A stretch of DNA of 61,473 bases, counting the filler, from Candidatus Babelota bacterium (GTDB taxonomy: Bacteria; JAGOBX01), in the NCBI GenBank assembly GCA_017999075.1. It is 8 parts of 8 records of this genome, joined end to end, with 100 filler letters (N's around TTAATTAATTAA, not from the genome) between each part and the next. Parts side by side here need not be neighbours in the genome. Positions count along the whole stretch, not along the records: positions 40,851 to 45,950 come from JAGOBX010000299.1; positions 46,051 to 51,140 come from JAGOBX010000300.1; 6 more parts are not named here. One strand, given 5' to 3'. The notes under the pieces were generated by a model. That model was given only the letters and a program-made list of their open reading frames with translations, searched no databases and was not told where the DNA came from. The first letter of the stretch is position 1, and each line of letters opens with the position of its first letter. Positions 40,992-51,240 of this stretch are shown piece after piece. A program made the translations under genes and the position numbers.

Positions 40992-43883
40992 TTACTTTTT
41001 CTTGAATTCGCCAAGTTCTTTATTGCTTGCATCGAGTAATATCAATCTTCCATCGTCTGTTAATGCGATATAATCCGCTTTAGTATAATTACTTATGCGT
41101 GCGCTATCACCGCAAGCGCTATTTTTCTCATTATAAATACTACACCACCCTTTATCATATTTAACCATAACTCCAAGTCCGTATTGTATCTTGGAATCAC
41201 TCATAGCAATCAGCGTTGAAGTTTTAACATTATTCATATAAAGGTCAACGGTCTTTCCATTCTCTGAAAAGGTTAATTTCGCTGTTTTATTTTGCGAAAC
41301 AATTGACTGGCCCGGTAACATAACAAATTGTAACGCAACCGGAGCAGTAAATTCAAAATTTTTCTTTGTGGACCAGAAAATTCTGTCATTATCCGCGCTT
41401 TTTAATACTAAATCACCTTCGTCGGTCAGTAATACTTTGTAAATCGGTTTATCTGGTAATTCTGCGGGAACTTTGTCTGTTTTGACTTGCCCGTTAAAAC
41501 TAACATAACCGGTCATAAGATTAGTCTCTTTCCCATTCTGCATAAAATTCAGGTATCTTTGAATAGTTTTGTCATTACCATCAAATAAAATATTAACTTC
41601 TTTCCCTTTATTATCGCAGATAACAATTCTATTGCCCTGATTTTCAAGATAAAATGTTTTATTCGGAGAATAGAATCTTTTTCCCGGAAAAATGACCTCA
41701 TTTTTCGATATTTCGCCGCCGTAAATATCAGATGCATTTTCAAGGCCTTTTTTAACTGTCATATATAAATTAATTTCAACAATTCCCCTTTTTAAACCAA
41801 AATCATCTGACCTTTTCGGATTCCGAATAATAAGTATGCCGCTATCCAAAAGCTCGAGCGGCGCGCCGGCGCATTCTTTTTTTGACCATTCTGAACCAGA
41901 CATCACCTTTAAATTATCTTGAGAATATAAAACAGCAGCTTTTCCATCCTCTTGCATTTTGAATATTCTCTCACAGTTCAAATATTCCGTGTAATCTTTA
42001 AACGGGTAATTCCCAAAAGAATAAATTATTTCGCCATTTTCATCAAACACGCTCAGCTCACCTTTATCTGTCCCGAAAGCAAACCTCAGTAAAAATTTTC
42101 CATTCGGCGATTTTAATCCGCCGAATTTATCGAATGATTCGCCGGGATTCAATTTTGACGGAAGATTTAAAGCAAATGCTTCTTTAACGCTCAATATTTT
42201 TCCGCCTTTTTTCCATAATATTTTACTGCCGTCTTTTGATTTAAGCGCTAAAAAACCATCGTTAGTGATTTCAAGATATGCGCCCGGATTTCCGTAGGTA
42301 TCCGTAACTTCTGAGTTATTTACAGTTTTCTTAGAAATTCCGGTTAATGAATTAAAAATAAATTTATTCTGATAATTACTATATACTACGAATCCGCCGT
42401 CTTCCTTAATCATTGATATACAATCTTGACTATTATAAGTTTTAGGCGATTCCCAAAGAATACTCGCATTATCCTTTTCATCCATTGTGGCGTCAAAAAG
42501 CTTCCATTGCGCGCCTGAAAATTTTGCTTTATATTTTCCGTTCGGAGATTTTAATTCGAATCCGCTTGTAACTTCCTTATTTTTTAACAGGATATTTTCT
42601 TTACCTGCGTTTGGATTATCAATTTCAAACGCAGACCAGAGAACCTTACTGCCGTCTTTATTGTATAGCAACAGATTACCGTCGTCTGTTAATTGAAAAT
42701 AAGCGTCAGGGTTTCCGGTGGTATAGGTCTGAAATGTCGGAAGATTTTTAGTATTTGTTTTATTGTCGCCAATATCGCTGCCGATTATTTTAAAGTTTCC
42801 GGTTTTACTGTCTAAATCACATTTATCATATCCCTGCGCCTGTCCTGTTTTCCAAATTACTTCGCCTGGCAGTTTTAATTCCTGCACTCCGCCAGCTATC
42901 CATTTAACAGGACAATTCCAATAGCATACATCAGGAGATTTTTTGATTATTTTCAAACCATCGGTATGCGGCGCAACAAATTTAAATGAAGCGCAATATT
43001 CTCCATTTTTTGATTCAATATACATTCTATTGAAAAGACCCGAGAGATCCTTTGCGCTGAAAATATCCAATTGTTCAGGTATACTTCCCGTATTATGATT
43101 CCATATTATTTTACCCGATTCGTTTCGTCCGAGCAAATAACCGTCATCTGTAACTTCTAAATAAGAATTTGGATAAAAGGTTATTGGCGCAGAGTATGCT
43201 ATCAGTGATTTTTTTTTAAAATCCGGAGGAATTGGCATATTAGCGAGATAATCACTATAATTATTTTTAGTAGCGTCGGCAAATAGTTTATATTTAAATC
43301 TGCCGTTTACCGCATCCCATTCAATAGCATTTGGTATTTTATCCGTAGGCGATGTTGGTCCATTCCATGCGTATTTCCATATTTCTGCTGCTTTATACTC
43401 ATTCGGCATTAATACAATATCGCCGTTTTTTGCAAATGTTAACATATATTTCGTGTTTGGCGAGAAAAAACTCGAGCCACAGTCTTTTATATTTCCGTTT
43501 TCAATTTTAGTGGCCGGAATCGACGCTCTCTGCATCGCTATTGCTGACTCTGCGCCGCTGCCTACGCTTTTGACGCCACGCCTGCTCCTAACATTTCTGT
43601 TATTTGATGAGTCCCTTGAAGAACTTGAATTACGGTCAACTGATGAATCTCTGCCTCTGTCAATACTTTTTGAACTGCGGCTGCTTCTTGAACTTCTGTC
43701 ATTTGCAGTATTTCTTAAATTTTTTGAATTATGGTCCGCTGACGAATCGCTGCGGTTATCTGCGCTTCTTAAACTTCTATCTCGCCGGCTTCTAACATCA
43801 CTTCTATCCGCTGCATTAACTGCGTTCAGCAGCAAGCATAAACTCATTGCAATACACACTGTTAAAATCAATAATTTTTTCAT
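40992..43883 (-). CDS. Secreted protein with an R/S/D-rich N-terminal region and six bulb-type lectin (beta-prism II)-like repeats
   Basis: Signal peptide from ATG 43883 (SD GAGG); repeated S-P-N-G-K-Y...L.L.DDG.L.L....ILW units. Confidence 0.7.
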   Translation of the reverse strand: MKKLLILTVCIAMSLCLLLNAVNAADRSDVRSRRDRSLRSADNRSDSSADHNSKNLRNTANDRSSRSSRSSKSIDRGRDSSVDRNSSSSRDSSNNRNVRSRRGVKSVGSGAESAIAMQRASIPATKIENGNIKDCGSSFFSPNTKYMLTFAKNGDIVLMPNEYKAAEIWKYAWNGPTSPTDKIPNAIEWDAVNGRFKYKLFADATKNNYSDYLANMPIPPDFKKKSLIAYSAPITFYPNSYLEVTDDGYLLGRNESGKIIWNHNTGSIPEQLDIFSAKDLSGLFNRMYIESKNGEYCASFKFVAPHTDGLKIIKKSPDVCYWNCPVKWIAGGVQELKLPGEVIWKTGQAQGYDKCDLDSKTGNFKIIGSDIGDNKTNTKNLPTFQTYTTGNPDAYFQLTDDGNLLLYNKDGSKVLWSAFEIDNPNAGKENILLKNKEVTSGFELKSPNGKYKAKFSGAQWKLFDATMDEKDNASILWESPKTYNSQDCISMIKEDGGFVVYSNYQNKFIFNSLTGISKKTVNNSEVTDTYGNPGAYLEITNDGFLALKSKDGSKILWKKGGKILSVKEAFALNLPSKLNPGESFDKFGGLKSPNGKFLLRFAFGTDKGELSVFDENGEIIYSFGNYPFKDYTEYLNCERIFKMQEDGKAAVLYSQDNLKVMSGSEWSKKECAGAPLELLDSGILIIRNPKRSDDFGLKRGIVEINLYMTVKKGLENASDIYGGEISKNEVIFPGKRFYSPNKTFYLENQGNRIVICDNKGKEVNILFDGNDKTIQRYLNFMQNGKETNLMTGYVSFNGQVKTDKVPAELPDKPIYKVLLTDEGDLVLKSADNDRIFWSTKKNFEFTAPVALQFVMLPGQSIVSQNKTAKLTFSENGKTVDLYMNNVKTSTLIAMSDSKIQYGLGVMVKYDKGWCSIYNEKNSACGDSARISNYTKADYIALTDDGRLILLDASNKELGEFKKK

Positions 43884-43971
43884 AAATAAAACCTCGCTAA
43901 AAAAAAACATTATTTAGGATAATTATAACACAAAAACAGACGTTTGAAAAGATAAGTAAATGAGTGGGTTT

Positions 43972-43992
43972 TGAGTAGTAAAAAACTACTCA
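43972..43992. promoter_or_regulatory. Palindromic operator-like site upstream of the lectin gene
   Basis: TGAGTAGT-AAAAA-ACTACTCA; extended -10 TGTTATAAT on the minus strand at 43922-43930. Confidence 0.55.
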
Positions 43993-44180
43993 TCAATTAT
44001 TAAAAATTATATAATTTTGTTTCGGGATATTTTTTGCCCTATTCAAGTCATTTTCGAGTCGTATGTTATATTTGAATTTTAGTATTTATTTTGGTATCAG
44101 AATATTTTTCCTGTGATTATTTTTAAAACCATTGACAGTAAACGGCTTAACTTTATGAATTCCGCTGGTTTGAAGTTTCT

Positions 44181-45071
44181 TTATTTGATTTGCTGCGCAG
44201 AAAAATAATTATTTAGAAACACAAATAAATTGATTTTTTCGTCCTTGATCCCAAGTTTTTCTCTAATATTTTTTCTATGAAATCTGACAGATTCGAAAGA
44301 AATGTTTAGATTCGTAGAAATATCTTTTGACGACATTCCGGCGCGGACCATATTTGCAATTTCCATTTCCCTCGAAGTAAATGATTTTGTAAGATAATTG
44401 AAAGTTTTGCCTTTTTCGCCGATAAGTTCCTTGATATTTATTTTTATCAGTTCAAGAATTTCCGATTCTTCTTTTGAAATTTTTAAAGCAAGTTTATTAA
44501 TGAACGGCATTATTATTTTATGAATTGTTTCCTGAATGGATTCGTAAGTTTTGGTTCTGTCATGCTCTATCTTTCGAAGCACTTCTTCAAGCGTATAATT
44601 TATCATTGTCAATTCGTTTTCTTTTATTTCAAGCTCTTTTTTTTGAGATAAAATATCTTTATATTGATTTTCAATTATTTGATTTAGGTTTAAAGTAAAA
44701 TCTCTGATTTTAAGCATATTATTAACGCGCGCAAGCAGTTCTTCAGATATAAAAGGTTTTGTGACATAATCCTGACCGCCGCTTTCAAAACCAGAAACAA
44801 TGCTATCTTTATCTGTGCTGCCTGTAACAAAAATTACCGGAATATCATTGAATTCTTTAAAGTTTCTGATTTCTTTACATATTTCAAAACCTGAACAATC
44901 AGGCAGTTTAACATCAAGCAGTATCAAATCTATTTTTTCTTTATGCAAAATTTTAATAACATCTTTTCCCTTTGTTGATATGCTTAATAAAAATTTATTT
45001 TTTTTTAAAATACCAGCTAAAATTTTTATCGTGTCTTTATTATCTTCAACTATCAATATTCTTTTATCCAT
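44181..45071 (-). CDS. Response regulator with REC, coiled coil and LuxR/NarL-type HTH
   Basis: IVEDN, LLDVKLPD, YVTKPF; C-terminal FTSREMEIA..GMSSKDIS..V.FHRKNIREKLG. Confidence 0.9.
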   Translation of the reverse strand: MDKRILIVEDNKDTIKILAGILKKNKFLLSISTKGKDVIKILHKEKIDLILLDVKLPDCSGFEICKEIRNFKEFNDIPVIFVTGSTDKDSIVSGFESGGQDYVTKPFISEELLARVNNMLKIRDFTLNLNQIIENQYKDILSQKKELEIKENELTMINYTLEEVLRKIEHDRTKTYESIQETIHKIIMPFINKLALKISKEESEILELIKINIKELIGEKGKTFNYLTKSFTSREMEIANMVRAGMSSKDISTNLNISFESVRFHRKNIREKLGIKDEKINLFVFLNNYFSAQQIK

Positions 45072-45076
45072 ATAAT

Positions 45077-45949
45077 TTACGCCTCGCTATTGCCGCTGAA
45101 TATAGATAATAATTTTTGCAATTCTTCAATGTCGAATTCAGCGCAGCAACTGATAACCGAATCTGCCCAGCCGGCTATGCCCGCGTTATTTTTTGCTTCG
45201 TCCATATTTTTAATTTTAACGGCAAACGCCTCGATTTTATCTATTGAATTTGTCTGAATCAGTTCATCATATTCATCTTTGAAATTTTTAAAAATAATTT
45301 TTTTTAGGAGTTCTTTGTCGGATTTGTTTAACAATGTTGGTTTTTCTAAATCGTCAAATGACAAATAATTTTTTAATTCATTTATCAATTTATCCATATC
45401 TATCGGTTTCCGCAAAAAAGCTTTAATGCCTGATTCGAAATATTCATCTTCTTGATTTTTTAATAATGATGCGCTGACTAAAATAACAGGTATTTTTTTC
45501 AGGCTGTCATAAGAATAAATTTGCTTTAAAACCTCAAGACCGTTAATATCCGGCAGTTTTGCGTCAAGTAAAATCAATTCCGGTTTTATTGATTCGGCTT
45601 TTTCAGTTCCTTCTTTGCCGTTATTTGCAATAAAAATATCCAACTGTATTTTTTTTAAAAAATTGCCGATTATATATTGACAGTCAGTATTATCTTCTAT
45701 AAGTAAAATTTTTTGATTTTTAAACTTAATCTTTTCAAAGTTTATATTTCCAACCGAATAGCATTCATTCAAACTTTGATGAACTTTTATTTTTTTTATT
45801 TCAACGGTGAATTTGCTGCCTTTGTTTAATGCGCTCGTCAATCTGATTTCACCGTTTATTTTTTCTGCAATCTGTTTTACTATAGCTAAACCCAAACCAG
45901 CGCTTTTATCAATGTTATAATAATCTTCTTTCATTTTTAATCTTTCAAA
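45077..45949 (-). CDS. C-terminal part of a hybrid histidine kinase (HATPase end plus REC), 5'-truncated
   Basis: AGLGLAIVK..G.I...S....GSKF followed by REC (IEDN, LLDAKLPD, RKP); frame open to the contig edge. Confidence 0.8.
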   Translation of the reverse strand, partial: FERLKMKEDYYNIDKSAGLGLAIVKQIAEKINGEIRLTSALNKGSKFTVEIKKIKVHQSLNECYSVGNINFEKIKFKNQKILLIEDNTDCQYIIGNFLKKIQLDIFIANNGKEGTEKAESIKPELILLDAKLPDINGLEVLKQIYSYDSLKKIPVILVSASLLKNQEDEYFESGIKAFLRKPIDMDKLINELKNYLSFDDLEKPTLLNKSDKELLKKIIFKNFKDEYDELIQTNSIDKIEAFAVKIKNMDEAKNNAGIAGWADSVISCCAEFDIEELQKLLSIFSGNSEA

Positions 45950-45950
45950 C

Positions 45951-46050
45951 NNNNNNNNNNNNNNNNNNNNNNNNNNNNNNNNNNNNNNNNNNNNTTAATT
46001 AATTAANNNNNNNNNNNNNNNNNNNNNNNNNNNNNNNNNNNNNNNNNNNN
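45951..46050. other. Artificial contig linker
   Basis: N44-TTAATTAATTAA-N44. Confidence 0.98.
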
Positions 46051-46245
46051 AAGGGGACAGGTCTGTCTTTTCAATAAAATTTTATTATAATTTCGCATCA
46101 GCGATTTTATTTTTTTTATCAAAAATTGCTTCTTTCATTTTTTTATATTGTTTTCGGGCTGGCTTTTTACTCTTAAAACCTTATTTTTGTATTACTATCA
46201 GCTCAGTTCTCGATATTGTTACTTTTGTGATTATAATAAATTTTA

Positions 46246-46274
46246 TTGACACAATCAAATCTGGAAAGTATTAT
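46246..46274 (+). promoter_or_regulatory. sigma70-type promoter of the oxidoreductase operon
   Basis: TTGACA (46246-46251), 17 bp, TATTAT (46269-46274). Confidence 0.55.
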
Positions 46275-46327
46275 TAAAAAGATATAAAATAAACTTGAAA
46301 ATACAAATATAAAAACAGATTAAAAAT

Positions 46328-46927
46328 ATGGACTTAATAAAAAATATTATTGAAATTGTTTGGTTTGGCCGCGGTGGTCAGGGGGTAGTAACAGCTTCCC
46401 AATTAGCAGGCTCTGCAGCATATAAATTTGGATATAAAGGAATAAATGCAACACCTATGTTCGGCGCTGAACGCCGCGGGGCACCTGTAGAATCTTATCT
46501 ACGTTTATCAGAAAACAAAATTCATATTTATTCTAATATTGAAAAATGCGATTATCTTGTAATTCTTGACGATACACTTATTGAAAAAATAAGTGCTAAA
46601 ATAATTAAAGAAAATGAAACAATTGTTATTTTAAATACAAACAATAAATCTTCTGTCGAATATTTGTCTAAAAAATTTAAGTTAAAAAAAATTTCGTTTA
46701 CAGACGCTTATGGAATAGCATCGTCTCTGTCTTTATCAGTAGCAGGAAATATTATTGTGAATACGCCTATTCTTGGAGCAGTTATAAAAGGTTCGGAAGA
46801 AAAGCTCTATAATCTTGAATCTTTGAAAAAAACATTATTTGAAAAATTTTCTGATAAACCGGCTTCACTGAATTTTAAAGCTGCTTCGGAATCTTATGAT
46901 AAAACGGAAGTGATAAATTTTGAGTAG
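46328..46927 (+). CDS. porC: Pyruvate/2-oxoacid:ferredoxin oxidoreductase gamma subunit
   Basis: GRGGQGVVTA, FGAERRGAPV, NTPILGA. Confidence 0.9.
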   Translation: MDLIKNIIEIVWFGRGGQGVVTASQLAGSAAYKFGYKGINATPMFGAERRGAPVESYLRLSENKIHIYSNIEKCDYLVILDDTLIEKISAKIIKENETIVILNTNNKSSVEYLSKKFKLKKISFTDAYGIASSLSLSVAGNIIVNTPILGAVIKGSEEKLYNLESLKKTLFEKFSDKPASLNFKAASESYDKTEVINFE

Positions 46928-47198
46928 TTATAATTATAACAAAGAAATTTTTGCAGCCAGTTCTCCTGCAATAGGCGAAGCAGGTTTGACTTCTGATTGG
47001 CGTTCTGAAACACCTGAAATAATAAGTGAAAAATGCATAGCGTATAATAAAAATAAAATTATATGCCAGATATGCTGGGGATATTGTCCTGAAGGTGTGA
47101 TAAAAAAGGGAATGCCGCCTGTTATAAATTATGATTATTGCAAGGGATGCGGAATTTGCGCTGAAGAATGTCCAAACAAAGCTATAGTAATGAAATAA
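46920..47198 (+). CDS. porD: Pyruvate/2-oxoacid:ferredoxin oxidoreductase delta (ferredoxin) subunit
   Basis: T.DWR..P, CQICWGYCPEG, YDYCKGCGICAEECP. Confidence 0.9.
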   Translation: MSSYNYNKEIFAASSPAIGEAGLTSDWRSETPEIISEKCIAYNKNKIICQICWGYCPEGVIKKGMPPVINYDYCKGCGICAEECPNKAIVMK

Positions 47199-47239
47199 TG
47201 CAAAAAAATATTATTAAAATATAGAGTTTTAATGAAAAA

Positions 47240-48451
47240 ATGAATACTGAAATTTTATTAACTGGGAATTATGCTGCCGCGTACGCAGTTAAAGCAAGCG
47301 GAGTGCAAGTGGTTTCAGCTTATCCTATAACCCCCCAATCGCCTGTAGTGGAAACTATATCTGAAATGGTTTTAAAAGGGGAATTGAAATCAGAGTTTGT
47401 TCCGGTCGAGAGTGAACACAGCGCAATTACTGTTTGTATATCAGCTTCTGCGGCTGGAGCCCGTGTTTTTACTGCAACCTCAGCGAATGGATTAATGCTT
47501 ATGCACGAACAACTTCATTGGGCTGCAGGTTCGCGTGTCCCTATAGTAATGTGCTGTGTGAATCGTGGAGTTTCTGCTCCATGGACAATACTTAATGATC
47601 AACAGGATTCTATTTCTCAGCGTGATACAGGATGGATTCAATTATATGCTGAGGATAATCAGGAAATATACGATACTGTTATTCAGGCATATAGAATAGC
47701 CGAACAGGTATATATTCCTGTTATGGTATGTTATGATGGTTTTATTTTATCACATAGCAGTATGCCGGTTAAAATTGAAAATACGGATAAAGTATCAGAT
47801 TTTTTACCTCCGTATAATCCGATAATTAAACTTGATTCAAAATCACCAAGAAATGTCAATCCTGTTGTATTGGCTGATAAAAGACCGGATAAAAAAAATA
47901 TAATGCATAACGGATATATGGAATTTAGAAATCATCTTGCTTCAGATTTAATTAATTCTATTGAAGTTATTGAAAAAACCAATATTGAATTTTATAACAG
48001 TTTCGGCAGAAAATATTGTAACGGGTTATTTAAGAATTATAATGTTGAAGATGCTGAACATTTTATTGTTACTATTGGGAGTTTAGGGAGTGAATGTAAA
48101 GAATCTATAGATATATTAAATTCAAAATCTTTTAAAACGGGCTTGATTAATATTAAATCTTATAGACCGTTTCCATCTGAACAACTGGTTAATGCTTTAA
48201 AAAATGCCAAAACCGTTACTGTTTTTGAGAAAGATATAAGTTATGGTTTTGACGGAGCTGTAGCAGGTGATTTGAAATCGGCATTTTATGTTCATTCAAA
48301 AAATTCAAATAAACCTGTTATTCAATCTGTTGTTTGCGGATTGGGCGGAAGAAATGTTTCATATAAAGATATAGCGGATACTGTAATAAAAGTCATATCT
48401 GGAAAGTTGGATTATAAAAAACCTTATTGGTTGAATAGCGATATATTATAA
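47240..48451 (+). CDS. porA: Pyruvate/2-oxoacid:ferredoxin oxidoreductase alpha subunit
   Basis: AYPITPQS, VESEHSA, TATSANGL, NR, DGFILSH, GLGGR. Confidence 0.92.
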   Translation: MNTEILLTGNYAAAYAVKASGVQVVSAYPITPQSPVVETISEMVLKGELKSEFVPVESEHSAITVCISASAAGARVFTATSANGLMLMHEQLHWAAGSRVPIVMCCVNRGVSAPWTILNDQQDSISQRDTGWIQLYAEDNQEIYDTVIQAYRIAEQVYIPVMVCYDGFILSHSSMPVKIENTDKVSDFLPPYNPIIKLDSKSPRNVNPVVLADKRPDKKNIMHNGYMEFRNHLASDLINSIEVIEKTNIEFYNSFGRKYCNGLFKNYNVEDAEHFIVTIGSLGSECKESIDILNSKSFKTGLINIKSYRPFPSEQLVNALKNAKTVTVFEKDISYGFDGAVAGDLKSAFYVHSKNSNKPVIQSVVCGLGGRNVSYKDIADTVIKVISGKLDYKKPYWLNSDIL

Positions 48452-48529
48452 AATAAAAAATCAAAATTGAAACATAGAAATAGTTGAATTGATTTTTGAA
48501 ATAAAATTAAATTGGTATGGTTATTTTTT

Positions 48530-49429
48530 ATGATAACACAGATTACACAATTGCCTGATAATGAATTATTGTTGCCTGGAACCAGGGCATGCAGCGGATG
48601 CGGCCTTGCTATTGCATACCGTACAGCTTTAAAAGCGTTAGGAGAAAATGTTATTATAACTATTCCTGCAAGCTGTTCCACTGTGCTTCAAGGAATGTAT
48701 CCTATAGCGTCATCAATGGTTCCTATATTGAATACTGCGTTTGAAACAACTGCTGCTTCGGCATCAGGATTATCCGCCGCATTAAAAGTTCTTGGAAAAT
48801 CATCAGAATATACGATAGTAGGTTGGGCTGGAGATGGTGGCACAGCAGATATAGGGATTCAAGCTTTAAGCGGAGCTGCTGAACGCGGAGAAGATTTTAT
48901 TTATGTTTGTTATGATAATGAAGCTTATATGAATACAGGAACACAGAGATCCGGAGCCACCCCTGTTGGAGCGTTGACTACAACGACTCCTTTTTCAGGG
49001 AAAAAACAGAATAAAAAAGATATGTTGAAAATTATGGAAGCTCATAATTTACCATATATTGCTTCATGTAGTCCGTCATATCCAGTTGATTTATTTAATA
49101 AATTTTCTAAAGCTAAAAATATTAAAGGCACAAGATATATTCACATATTCACGCCATGTCCGCCAGGGTGGGGGTTTTCACAAAACTTAACGGTTAAAAT
49201 TGGAAAACTTGCGGTAGAATCAGGATTATTTGATTTGTTTGAAATTGAAAACGGAAAAAAAAGTTTTACAGGTGTGTCAAAAAATATTTATGAAAAAAAA
49301 ACCGCAAGAAAATCTGTAACTGATTATATAAAATGGCAATCAAGATTTTCAAAAATTTCAGAAGAACAGGTTGAATATATCCAGAAGCAGATAGACTTGA
49401 AGTTTTTTGATACGGAGTGTTTAAAATGA
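48530..49429 (+). CDS. porB: Pyruvate/2-oxoacid:ferredoxin oxidoreductase beta (TPP-binding) subunit
   Basis: ACSGCG, GDGGTADIG, DNEAYMNTGTQRS, PCPPGW; start taken at ATG 48530. Confidence 0.92.
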   Translation: MITQITQLPDNELLLPGTRACSGCGLAIAYRTALKALGENVIITIPASCSTVLQGMYPIASSMVPILNTAFETTAASASGLSAALKVLGKSSEYTIVGWAGDGGTADIGIQALSGAAERGEDFIYVCYDNEAYMNTGTQRSGATPVGALTTTTPFSGKKQNKKDMLKIMEAHNLPYIASCSPSYPVDLFNKFSKAKNIKGTRYIHIFTPCPPGWGFSQNLTVKIGKLAVESGLFDLFEIENGKKSFTGVSKNIYEKKTARKSVTDYIKWQSRFSKISEEQVEYIQKQIDLKFFDTECLK

Positions 49430-49995
49430 ATCAACCTATAGGGGAAAAAATTAAAAATTATAGAGTTTTAAGAGAAATGTCTATTGAAGAGGTTTCAGAA
49501 ATCACAGGTTTTTCGAAAGAATTAATTGCGGAAATAGAAGAGAATAAAACAATTCCTATATTATCATGTTTGATAAAAATAGCACGAGCTCTCGGCACAA
49601 GACTTGGAACATTTCTTGATGACAATAATGAATGTGCCTGTGTTTTGACACGGAATCAACAAGCAGTTGAATCAGCGAGATATATTTCTTCACATAAAAT
49701 TAATGTTGGCTCTTTGGTTTTTAATTCACTGGCTCAAAATAAAAAAGACAGGAATATGGAACCGTTTCTTGTAACTCTCCAGAAAGATTCAATAAATGAA
49801 AAAGATAATATGTCTTCGCATGAAGGAGAAGAATTTATTTATGTTTTGAAAGGAAAAATAGGAATAAAATATGGGAAAGAATATTATGAATTATCTAAAG
49901 GGGACAGCATATATTATGATTCTGCAGTTATGCACAATGTACATTCTTTAGATAACGAACAAGCTGATATTCTTGCTGTAATATATATGCCGTAA
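49426..49995 (+). CDS. XRE-family HTH plus cupin transcriptional regulator
   Basis: IGEKIKNYR HTH; MEPF, HEGEEFIYVLKG, GDSIYYDS..H; ATGA overlap with porB. Confidence 0.9.
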   Translation: MNQPIGEKIKNYRVLREMSIEEVSEITGFSKELIAEIEENKTIPILSCLIKIARALGTRLGTFLDDNNECACVLTRNQQAVESARYISSHKINVGSLVFNSLAQNKKDRNMEPFLVTLQKDSINEKDNMSSHEGEEFIYVLKGKIGIKYGKEYYELSKGDSIYYDSAVMHNVHSLDNEQADILAVIYMP

Positions 49996-50226
49996 AAATT
50001 ACAATCCTGAAAAAATTAAAAGATATTTTTTAAAGTATTTTTTGGTGCATAAATCATTTTTAACTTAATATAATATTTTTTGTAAAATCTTCACAATACG
50101 AAATTCTTTTATTTTAAATCTTAATATTTATAAGGAATTGAAAAGAAAAATAACTTGTTTTTTTGGTTAATATATTGTAAAAACAATTTGTTTTTCTCAA
50201 AAAAAGTTTAGGAGTAAAAATATATT

Positions 50227-51140
50227 ATGGCTGAAAAAGTTATTAAATATGATGAAAAATCTATAAAAACGTTAAGTTCGCTTGAACATATAAGACTTCG
50301 TCCTGGTATGTATATAGGAAAACTTGGTTCGGGCGGAGCTCATGACGACGGAATCTATGTTTTATTGAAAGAAGTAATAGATAATGCTATTGACGAATAT
50401 ATAATGGGATATGGTAAACAAATTGATATAGTTGTTAAAAATGAAGAAGAATTTTCAAGTAAAGACGATTATTGTGTAACAGTTAGAGATTATGGACGTG
50501 GAATACCTTTAGGCAAGGTTATTGAATGTGTATCTCAAATAAATACCGGAGCAAAATATAATGATGATGTATTTCAGTTCAGTGTCGGGTTAAACGGAGT
50601 TGGAACTAAAGCTGTAAACGCGTTATCATCAAGATTTTTTGTAGAAGCATATCGTGATGGTCAGTATGTTCACGCATATTTTGAAAAAGGTTTATTAAAG
50701 AAACAGAATAAAGGGAAAACGTCTGAGCCAAATGGAACAAAAGTGGGATTTACTCCGGATGCAGAATTGTTTAAAAAATTTAAATTTGAACTTGAATTTG
50801 CTGAAAAAAGAGTATGGCATTATGTATATCTGAACAGCGGTTTGACCATAGATTTGAACGGGAAAAAATATTATTCTAAAAATGGATTAAAAGATCTGCT
50901 GACCGATACAATAAAAGAAGAAAATATATATGAAATAATACATTATAAAGATAAAATGCTGGAATATTCATTTTCTCATACATCAAATTATGGAGAAGAT
51001 TATTATTCATTTGTAAACGGCCAATATACAAATGACGGCGGAACGCACCTGTCTGCATTTAAAGAAGGAATTTTGAAGGGTATAAATGAGTTTGCTAAAA
51101 AAAATTTCGACAGTGTTGATGTCAGGGACGGAGTGATAGG
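50227..51140 (+). CDS. Type IIA topoisomerase B subunit (ParE/GyrB family), 3'-truncated
   Basis: EHIRLRPGMYIG, EVIDNAIDE, DYGRGIP, GLNGVG, GGTH; SVGLNGVG rather than SGGLHGVG suggests ParE type. Confidence 0.9.
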
Positions 51141-51240
51141 NNNNNNNNNNNNNNNNNNNNNNNNNNNNNNNNNNNNNNNNNNNNTTAATTAATTAANNNN
51201 NNNNNNNNNNNNNNNNNNNNNNNNNNNNNNNNNNNNNNNN
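51141..51240. other. Artificial contig linker
   Basis: N44-TTAATTAATTAA-N44. Confidence 0.98.

Noticed and set aside
43453-43917. 154-aa + strand ORF and the other short antisense ORFs in the track (e.g. 254-706, 5328-5666, 15094-15408, 51336-51611)
   Set aside because: They are shadows of well-supported genes on the opposite strand, with no recognisable motifs.
46051-46072. AAGGGGACAG-GT-CTGTCTTTT, REP-like small hairpin
   Set aside because: Single copy at a contig edge, with too little sequence to classify.
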